From Gemmatimonadota bacterium (GTDB taxonomy: Bacteria > Gemmatimonadota > Gemmatimonadetes > Gemmatimonadales > GWC2-71-9): DNA of 64,000 nucleotides. Positions 56,953-64,000 of the stretch are shown in pieces. Position 1 is the first letter of the stretch. Every line of letters starts with the position of its first letter. The stretch is taken from assembly GCA_036679645.1 (NCBI GenBank), contig JAZDCY010000014.1:224001-288000 (forward strand), in the 5' to 3' direction. Both the position numbers and the translations under genes were made by a program. The notes under the pieces are model-generated. The model was not told the origin of the DNA and searched no databases. It saw only the letters and a list, made by a program, of their open reading frames with translations.

Positions 56953-58353
56953 TCACTGGACCGTACCGCCGACCGACGCCTCTAGCTCGGCCAGCGCCGC
57001 GCCGTACTGTCGCATGGCTTCGAGCAGGCCGGTGGTGCTCTCGACGTACGCCCGCTGCACCTGGAGAACCTGGAAGATGTTGGCCTGTCCGCGGCCGAAC
57101 GCGGCTGCCACGATCCGCAGGCCACTCTCGTTCGCCGGTAAGATGTTCCGCCGCAGGGTCTCCACCTGCGTCGCCGCCAGCGCGACACGCTGGACGGCGA
57201 CGCGCACGTCGCGCTCAACGGCCTGCCGGGTGTTGGCCAGCCGCAGCTCAGCCGCTACGCCGGCGAACTCGGCGCGCGCCACTTCGCCCTGATTGCGGTT
57301 GAACAGCGGGAGCCCGACGATCAGCCCCAGGCCGAACGCGTTGGACATATCCTGGCCTTCCTGGGTTCCGATCGTGAAGTTGTCTCGGGAGTTGCTGTAG
57401 AGCGCGCCGATCGTGACGGGGGGCTTGCCGGCGCCCCGCGCAGCGGCGAGCGACGCTTGCTGCGCGGCCCGGTCGTATTCCGCCGCGCGCACATCGGGAC
57501 GCCGGACCAGGGCCACCTGGATCAGGCTGTCGACGGCCGCCTCGTCGGGGTCGTACCGCGTTCCTTCAGCCGCGGTTCGGACGGTGAGGAAGCGAAGGTC
57601 GCCGACGGGCAACGAATCGGTAAGACGATATGTCGTGGCCAACGGATCGCCCAGGAGCCTGGCGAACTCGACCAGCGTGATGTGGTATTCCTGGACCGCC
57701 ACATCGTGATCCAGCAGCGACTGCTGCCGCGCGGCATCGCTCAGCCGCGCATCCAGTTCGGACCCTAGTCCCTGCTGAAAGGCGAGCTGCGCCGAGCGGC
57801 TAATCCGTTCGCTCAGCCGCGCGAGGGAATCCAGTAGCGCCAGCCGCTGCCACTGGAACAGGAGTTCTCGGTACGACGCGACCACCTCCCGCTGCAGACG
57901 GCGCGCAGCGTCCAGCGCGCTGTATCGCATCCGCTCGGCCTCCAGGCTCGCCACACGGATCCGATTGCGGCGCACTCCCCAGAGTTGGAGATCCTGGGTC
58001 AGCGAGACGCTCAGGTCGCCCTCCAGCCCCCCCGCACTCCGCTCCCCGGTGGTTTGGTACTCCACCGCCAGGGCGGGGTTCGGTCGCAACCGGGAGCCGA
58101 TGAGTTGAGCGCGGCTGAGGCCCGTGTCAGCGCGCGTCGCCCGGAGCCCGAAATTGTTGGTGAGCGCGCGTTCTGTCGCCTCGGCAAGCGATAGGGACTG
58201 TTCCTCCCCCGCGCGAACCGGCGTCGGCAACTGGGCCCCCAGCGGGCGGCCCACAAGTAGCAGGCCGGCGACCGTGGCCACCAAAGCTCCGACTCGGGCA
58301 GGGACTGTCACCGCTCGCTGGAGGGTGATGCCGGCGAGCGAGGTGATTGTCAT
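56953..58353 (-). CDS. czcC: TolC-family outer-membrane factor (CzcC-like)
   Basis: RPNP.L; RPDVRAA; LPLFNRNQG; OEP helical repeats. Start ATG 58353 after GGAGG. Confidence 0.85.
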   Translation of the reverse strand: MTITSLAGITLQRAVTVPARVGALVATVAGLLLVGRPLGAQLPTPVRAGEEQSLSLAEATERALTNNFGLRATRADTGLSRAQLIGSRLRPNPALAVEYQTTGERSAGGLEGDLSVSLTQDLQLWGVRRNRIRVASLEAERMRYSALDAARRLQREVVASYRELLFQWQRLALLDSLARLSERISRSAQLAFQQGLGSELDARLSDAARQQSLLDHDVAVQEYHITLVEFARLLGDPLATTYRLTDSLPVGDLRFLTVRTAAEGTRYDPDEAAVDSLIQVALVRRPDVRAAEYDRAAQQASLAAARGAGKPPVTIGALYSNSRDNFTIGTQEGQDMSNAFGLGLIVGLPLFNRNQGEVARAEFAGVAAELRLANTRQAVERDVRVAVQRVALAATQVETLRRNILPANESGLRIVAAAFGRGQANIFQVLQVQRAYVESTTGLLEAMRQYGAALAELEASVGGTVQ

Positions 58354-58757
58354 CGCGTCCTCCGTCACGAGATAGGCGTCGCGCGCGGGCCAAGCATGAC
58401 GCCACCCAGCTTGCACTGTGCGGAAACCCTTCTCCAGTAACCGGGATGGTGCTCCCGGAAACGAGCGAACGGCTTCCAAGCTTCAGAACACCTGTGGGAC
58501 GAACTGCCGTAGGTGCCGCAGCCACCATCGCTCCGGCCCGGGCAGGGACGGTCATCCCTATCTGCACGGCGATGACGCCGAGTGCAGCACCGCTCGCGTG
58601 CAGGAAGTAGCGTCGGTTGAACCGGTCGTATCGCGAGCCACGCTCGGTTTTCTCCTCGTCACCTGGTGCTTCGTTCGTCCGGCTCTCCAGCCCGCTTTCA
58701 ACGGTCGCGGGGTCGGCGCAGTAAACTTCTCAATGTACGAGCCGGCCCTTCTGGATT

Positions 58758-58786
58758 GCCTAAGCCCGCCCTAAGATTCCTTAAGG
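58758..58786. promoter_or_regulatory. Tandem TAAG direct repeats (OmpR-family box candidate)
   Basis: TAAG at 58761, 58772 and 58782, between the divergent czc-like and response-regulator genes. Confidence 0.5.
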
Positions 58787-58874
58787 CCTGCCAGGATCAC
58801 TTGCCTGTCCGGGCAGGAATGTCTGTATGCCTTTTTGAGTAGCGCACCTGCGTCGGATCGGAGCTCGGAGGCCC

Positions 58875-59555
58875 ATGAAGATCCTGCTTGCGGAGGACGA
58901 ACCCCGTGTCGCCACGTTCATCAAGAAGGGACTGCTTGAGGAAAGACATCTGGTCGACGTGGCAACCGACGGCGTGGAGGCGCTATCACTTGCGCACGTC
59001 GGACCGTACGACGTCATCGTACTGGACGTCATGCTTCCGGGAAAGAACGGGTTCCAGGTCACCGCGGAACTCCGCGCAGCCGGCCACTCCACACCGATCC
59101 TCATGCTGACGGCCAAGGACTCACGCGAAGACATCCTGCGCGGGCTGGACGTCGGCGCCGACGACTACCTGACGAAGCCCTTTGATTTTGCCGAACTGTT
59201 AGCGCGTGTTCGTGCGGTCGGTAGACGAGTGCAGCCGGTCCAACCGCACGTCCTACGGTTTGGCGACATCGAGGTAGATCGGATGCAACACGAGGTGCGC
59301 CGCGCCGGCGAATCTGTCGAGTTAACCCCTACCGAGTTCCGGTTGCTTGAAGCCCTTATGCGTACGCCAGGTCAGGTGATCAAGCGGACGGATCTGCTCG
59401 ACCGCGTGTGGGGAATGCACTTCGACCCCGGTACGAGTCTGATCGATGTGCACATTGCAAACCTGCGAAAGAAGTTGGAGACAGGCGGGAAAGCACGGGC
59501 GATCGTTGCGGTCAAGGGTGTGGGCTTCAAGCTGGCACATCCGGAGCGGCGATGA
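58875..59555 (+). CDS. OmpR-family response regulator (CusR/CzcR-like)
   Basis: LLAEDE; LDVMLPG; MLTA; GADDYLTKPF; LTPTEF; IDVHI.NLRKK. Confidence 0.92.
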   Translation: MKILLAEDEPRVATFIKKGLLEERHLVDVATDGVEALSLAHVGPYDVIVLDVMLPGKNGFQVTAELRAAGHSTPILMLTAKDSREDILRGLDVGADDYLTKPFDFAELLARVRAVGRRVQPVQPHVLRFGDIEVDRMQHEVRRAGESVELTPTEFRLLEALMRTPGQVIKRTDLLDRVWGMHFDPGTSLIDVHIANLRKKLETGGKARAIVAVKGVGFKLAHPERR

Positions 59556-60973
59556 TCCCCCCTCGTTCGTTTCGTGGGCGGCTTGCGCTCCGCATCAGCG
59601 GGGCCATCATGGCGCTCACCCTGGTGGGCTCGGCGGCCGGCTATCTCGCGATCCGTCGGATCCTCCTCCAACGACTGGATGCCACGCTGCTCCGACTTGC
59701 GGAAATCGAGGCAGCGGCAGCAGCAGATTCGCCCGACGCGAGTGTCCACTTCCACGACGAAGTCTTGTGGGCTGTCGGACCGGGTCACGAGACGGTTCTC
59801 TCGCGCTACGCCGAAGTCTGGACATTGGATGGAGGGCAGGTCGTACGCACCCGCAACCTCGAGGGTCGGGATCTCCCGCTGTCAGTCGCGGTACGCGAAC
59901 GTGTCGTTCAATCGGGCGAGCCGGCACTGTTCCATATCGACTGGGAAGGCAGTCTGTACCGGGCCGTGCTCTTTCCGCTAGGCCTCATCGGTCCGCAGCA
60001 TCGGCTTCACCTGTTGCAGGTCGCCGTTTCAACAACACAAACGGAAGGAGTGCTCCGGCGTGTGCTCGCATTGCTCGGCACGCTCGTCGTCATCGGCTCG
60101 GCGGCTAGCGGCTGGCTCGGCTGGTGGCTTGCAGGTTACGCGGTCCGCCCGGTGCTCGAGATCATTCATCAGGCCGAGGAACTCGAGGCGAACCGTGCGG
60201 GCCATCACATCACCGCGCACGCGGAAACCGAGGAGCTGAACAGTCTCGTGTCCGTGCTCAACGCGATGCTCGCACGTATTGACACGGCGCTGGACAGTCA
60301 GCGCCGCTTCCTAGCGGACGCCGGCCATGCGATAAAGACCCCGCTCACGATCTTGCGGGGTGACATCGACGTCACCCTGCAACGGGACCGAACGCGCGAC
60401 GAGTACCACCGCGTATTGACACAAACCCTCGAAGACCTCCGTGACGCTTCTACATTGGCTGAGGATCTCATCACGCTCGCACGATCTGACGGTGGGGCCC
60501 TCACCGCAGATCACGCCACGATTCCCGTTGACGAGGTGTTGCGGAGAGTAGCCCGGCGGTTCGGTCCCACCGCCGAACGGACAGGGGTGCACCTCGCCGT
60601 CGAGGCTGGAGCCGGCATCACCCTGCGCGCCGACGTGGTCCTTCTCGAACGCGCACTGGACAACCTGGCCGACAACGCCATCAAGTACGGACGCGAGAGC
60701 GGAGGCGGGACCGTGACACTCGCCGCCGTACGGCGAGATGACGGGTCGCACGAGATCTACGTCCAGGATCACGGCCCTGGAATCGACCCGGCGGACAGGC
60801 CGCGTGTCTTCGAGCGCTTCTACCGTGGGGCCCAGGGGTTATCTGCGACCCCGGGCAGCGGACTGGGGTTGGCGACCGTGCAGGCCGTTACCGAGGCAAT
60901 GGGGGGGACGGTAGAGCTGGACACCGCCCTCCATCGCGGAACGACCGTGCGCCTCGTGTTTCCGAACCCGTAG
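59552..60973 (+). CDS. Sensor histidine kinase
   Basis: Two TM helices; HAMP; H-box DAGHAIKTPL; NLADNAIKY; DHGPGI; FERFYR; GSGLGL. Confidence 0.92.
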   Translation: MIPPRSFRGRLALRISGAIMALTLVGSAAGYLAIRRILLQRLDATLLRLAEIEAAAAADSPDASVHFHDEVLWAVGPGHETVLSRYAEVWTLDGGQVVRTRNLEGRDLPLSVAVRERVVQSGEPALFHIDWEGSLYRAVLFPLGLIGPQHRLHLLQVAVSTTQTEGVLRRVLALLGTLVVIGSAASGWLGWWLAGYAVRPVLEIIHQAEELEANRAGHHITAHAETEELNSLVSVLNAMLARIDTALDSQRRFLADAGHAIKTPLTILRGDIDVTLQRDRTRDEYHRVLTQTLEDLRDASTLAEDLITLARSDGGALTADHATIPVDEVLRRVARRFGPTAERTGVHLAVEAGAGITLRADVVLLERALDNLADNAIKYGRESGGGTVTLAAVRRDDGSHEIYVQDHGPGIDPADRPRVFERFYRGAQGLSATPGSGLGLATVQAVTEAMGGTVELDTALHRGTTVRLVFPNP

Positions 60974-61067
60974 TCAGCAACACCCATGCCGAGACCACGG
61001 CGCATTATGAAAAGGGCTTCATCTCCAATTGACGCTCTGCTCATGCCCTGTTAGGTAGCTCAAGACT

Positions 61068-61394
61068 ATGAATACCCCGCAGCTTGCCCGCGGATTGCTC
61101 TCACTCCTCACGATTGGCGTTGTGGCACTGCCATACGGCCGCCCCGTCGTCTGTGAACGAGTGCACAACGAGCAGCACGTGCCTGCCCGCCATGCGCAGC
61201 ACACCTGGTCTCCTACCACTCAAGTAGACGGATGTCACGGGTTGATGTACTGCGACATGGTAAACGTGGCTCCCGCACGGGAGCAAGCAGATGGGGTGAC
61301 GCCCTACCCCCCGGTTCGCGAGAGCGCCTTGGGAGCGGTCTATCGACTCGCGGTCAATCCTACCCCACCGCTACCCCCACCTCCCAAGATCTGA
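61068..61394 (+). CDS. Small His/Cys-rich leader-type protein with polyproline C-terminus
   Basis: Hydrophobic N-terminus; HNEQH..RHAQH; CHGLMYC; ends PPLPPPPKI. Confidence 0.5.
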   Translation: MNTPQLARGLLSLLTIGVVALPYGRPVVCERVHNEQHVPARHAQHTWSPTTQVDGCHGLMYCDMVNVAPAREQADGVTPYPPVRESALGAVYRLAVNPTPPLPPPPKI

Positions 61395-61483
61395 CCTCTC
61401 CGTAGCAGTTGTGCGCCCGTCGGTCACCGTGAGCGATGGGCGGCACCGAGTAGTCGATACATAAACACCGGAGAGGATGCTTC

Positions 61484-62752
61484 ATGCACAGATGGTTGAT
61501 GTGTGTGGTCGCGTTGCTCGCGATTGCACCCATCGAGATGCGGTCGCTGGCAGCACAGGCACCGGCAGATACGCTCACGTTGCGTGAGGTCACCGCAACC
61601 GCGCGGGAAGCGAACCCATCGCTCACCGCGGTTCGCCTCCGCGCCGACGCGGCCGCGGAGCGTATCCCACAGGCGGGCGCCTGGTCGGATCCCCAACTGT
61701 CGTTCGGTCTCGTGAACCGGCCGATCGATGACTTCGGGACAAACCAGGCGATGACGATGAACATCGTGCAGCTCACGCAGCGTATTCCCTGGCCCGGAAC
61801 ACTCGGGTTCGCGCGGACCCGCGCGCGTCATCTCGCCGCCGCGAGTCGCCTCGAAGCCGACGAGAGCGAGGTCGCCCTCATCGCGCGGCTGCGCGCGGTC
61901 TACTACAGCATCGCCTTCATGGATCGCGCCATCAGCATCATGAACCGGACGCGCAATCTATTGCGGGACTTCTTCCAGGTCTCACAGGCCCGCTACGCGG
62001 TCGGCGAAGGATTGCAGCAGGATGTGCTGCAAGCACAAGTGGCGATCGCCGGTATGACCGAGGACATCACGGTCGTGGAGCAGGATCGCATAGCCATGGC
62101 CGCGCGCCTGAACGCGCTCATGGGTCGGGACGCGACCACTCCGGTCGGGGTGCTCGAGCTTCCTACTACCGTGGAGACCCTTCCCGCCGTGTCAGTGCTG
62201 ATGTACACCGCTGCCGACCGACGTCCGGCCCTCCGTGCCGCGGCGGAACGGGTGCGCGCGGCGGAGGCCGGGTACCGCGCGGCACGGCGGCGGCTCTATC
62301 CCGACCTGATGGTGACGCTCGGCTACGCGGCGCGCCCGCAGTTCGACAACTTCGTGACCCTCATGGTGGGGTTCAGTATCCCGCTCTGGGCAGGATCCCG
62401 TCAGCTTCCGCTCCGTCGCGAGATGCGGGCAACGAAGGCAATGGAAGAGGCCCGCGCACTGGATCTCTACAACGAGACCTACGCGCGACTGTCCGAACTG
62501 CGCGCCCAGGCGGAGCGGGCGCGCAATCTCACAACACTGTACGCCACCGCCGTCCTGCCCCAGGCGCGTGCGGCCGTCGAGGCCGCTCTGTCCGCCTATC
62601 GTGTGGGGCGTCTCGAATACACCACCCTCGTCCAGAACGAGATGACCGTGAACAGATACGAAATCGAAGTCGTGCGCCTCGCGGCAGAATATCAGGGAGC
62701 ACGCGCGGGAATCGATGCGCTGCTCGGCAGCAGCCCCGGAGGTGAGGAATGA
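61484..62752 (+). CDS. TolC-family outer-membrane factor (CusC-like)
   Basis: ANPSL; DPQL; Q.IPWPG; QDVLQAQ; SIPLW; AY.VG. Confidence 0.88.
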   Translation: MHRWLMCVVALLAIAPIEMRSLAAQAPADTLTLREVTATAREANPSLTAVRLRADAAAERIPQAGAWSDPQLSFGLVNRPIDDFGTNQAMTMNIVQLTQRIPWPGTLGFARTRARHLAAASRLEADESEVALIARLRAVYYSIAFMDRAISIMNRTRNLLRDFFQVSQARYAVGEGLQQDVLQAQVAIAGMTEDITVVEQDRIAMAARLNALMGRDATTPVGVLELPTTVETLPAVSVLMYTAADRRPALRAAAERVRAAEAGYRAARRRLYPDLMVTLGYAARPQFDNFVTLMVGFSIPLWAGSRQLPLRREMRATKAMEEARALDLYNETYARLSELRAQAERARNLTTLYATAVLPQARAAVEAALSAYRVGRLEYTTLVQNEMTVNRYEIEVVRLAAEYQGARAGIDALLGSSPGGEE

Positions 62753-63984
62753 GAGTAACGGCCGGATTACCCGTATTCGGAGTGGTGATCGCGCTGGCCT
62801 GTGGCGGCGAGACCGCCGAAGAGTCGCCCATGACCGGCATGACCGCCGAGGAGCATGCGCGCATGCAGGCCGGTGGCACCCAAGGCGCGTTCGACAGCAC
62901 CGGATCAGCGCTGCGCCAACCGGTGCACCTCACACCTGCGCAGGAACGTGCGCTCGGTGTCGTCTACACCACACCGCGGCGCGAGACCCTCACGCGCACA
63001 ATTCGCACGGTCGGCGAGATCATCGCGGCGGAACCGAGCGTCGCCGACGTGACCCCCAAGATCGATGGATTCGTGGAGACCCTGTACGTCAGCACCACAG
63101 GTGAGAGCGTGCGTCGTGGGCAGCCCCTCCTCTCTCTCTACAGCCCGGCGCTCGTTGCCGCGCAAGAGGAGCTGCTCACGGCGCGCCGCTTGCTTTCCCA
63201 AGTCGATCCCTCCGCCGAAGAGGCCTGGCGCTATGCGCAGGCTACACTCGACGCCGCCCGACGACGTCTCGTCTACTGGGACATCACGGAAGACCAGATC
63301 GCACAGCTCGAGCAATCCGGAGAGGTCTCCAAGACCCTCACACTCGTCTCGCCGGTCAACGGCGTCGTCCTGGACAAGAGCGTGCTCGAGGGGCAACGCA
63401 TCACGCCCGGCATGCGACTCTACCAGATCGCCGATCTCTCGAGCGTGTGGGTGGAAGGAGAAGTCTTCGAGCAGGATATCCAGTTCGTTCGGGTCGGTGC
63501 CCAGGGACACATCGAGGTCGCCGCGTATCCCGGAGAGCATCTCATGGGACGGGTCAGCTTCGTCTATCCCACGGTGGACATGCGCAGTCGCACGAACCGA
63601 GTGCGCATGACGGTGCGGAACCCCGGTCTGCGCCTCAAGCCGGGTATGTTCGCCACCATCTTCTTTGACGCGGACCTCGGCGAAGCCGTGCTCACCGTCC
63701 CTTTGGAGGCGGTCGTGATCACGGGCGAGCGCAACCTCGTGTTCGTCCGCGACGCCGATGGCATGCTCGGCCCGCGCGAGGTCGTCCTGGGCGCCCGTGC
63801 CGGCGACCGCGTGCAAGTCCTGCAAGGACTGGCCGAGAGCGAAACGATCGTGGCGTCCGCGAACTTCCTCATCGACGCCGAGTCACGTCTGGGCACGACG
63901 GGTGGTGCAATGCCAGGCATGCAGCACGGGGCCGCCGCCGAGCCGGAGCCAGCACAAGCCGACTCGGGGCAAAACCATGATTAA
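62749..63984 (+). CDS. cusB: CusB-like periplasmic adaptor
   Basis: MTAEEHARM; LYSPALVAAQEELL; SPVNGVV; LKPGMF; FLIDAES; MPGMQH. Confidence 0.88.
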   Translation: MRVTAGLPVFGVVIALACGGETAEESPMTGMTAEEHARMQAGGTQGAFDSTGSALRQPVHLTPAQERALGVVYTTPRRETLTRTIRTVGEIIAAEPSVADVTPKIDGFVETLYVSTTGESVRRGQPLLSLYSPALVAAQEELLTARRLLSQVDPSAEEAWRYAQATLDAARRRLVYWDITEDQIAQLEQSGEVSKTLTLVSPVNGVVLDKSVLEGQRITPGMRLYQIADLSSVWVEGEVFEQDIQFVRVGAQGHIEVAAYPGEHLMGRVSFVYPTVDMRSRTNRVRMTVRNPGLRLKPGMFATIFFDADLGEAVLTVPLEAVVITGERNLVFVRDADGMLGPREVVLGARAGDRVQVLQGLAESETIVASANFLIDAESRLGTTGGAMPGMQHGAAAEPEPAQADSGQNHD

Positions 63985-64000
63985 CGCGGTCATTGCATGG
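63977..64000 (+). CDS. Start of a CusA-like RND permease (partial)
   Basis: MINAVIAW overlaps the cusB stop at the expected position in a CBA operon. Confidence 0.6.

Overview
GC-rich bacterial chromosomal window. The gene style (several Hanks-type Ser/Thr kinases, two DUF5916 proteins, BlaI/M56, an EcxA-like metalloprotease) suggests Gemmatimonadota, which is an inference. Contents from left to right: an IS630 end abutting lsrF; GDPD; a kinase-FGE-hydrolase fusion; a RelBE-type TA pair; a globin; a kinase-TPR gene flanked by REP-like repeats; a PafA-like phosphatase; an ABC exporter; a Kelch pseudogene; tRNA-Trp and tRNA-His; gpmA; DUF5916. The main discovery is at ~21.7-30.7 kb, a candidate peptide-signalling or RiPP-like system. 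It has three tiny unannotated paralogous precursors with a conserved leader ending EELEERIAP and short variable tails (SRFRLS, MRGPGLGI, FRLG). Two promoters with identical SARP-type repeat geometry drive them, next to a divergent BTAD/SARP-AAA regulator. Downstream is an ATPase-less export operon (GAF-GAF-HlyD, HlyD, RRE-like/M50 protease/HlyD) and a stand-alone kinase. Next to this lies a radical SAM-ArsM fusion with a DMT transporter. The right half holds peptidases, cls, a cold-shock gene, a BlaI/M56 operon and a partly decayed copper/heavy-metal island (copAB, czc-like CBA, a two-component system, cus-like CBA). Several genes carry frameshifts or deletions. All calls come from reading the sequence; no database searches were run.
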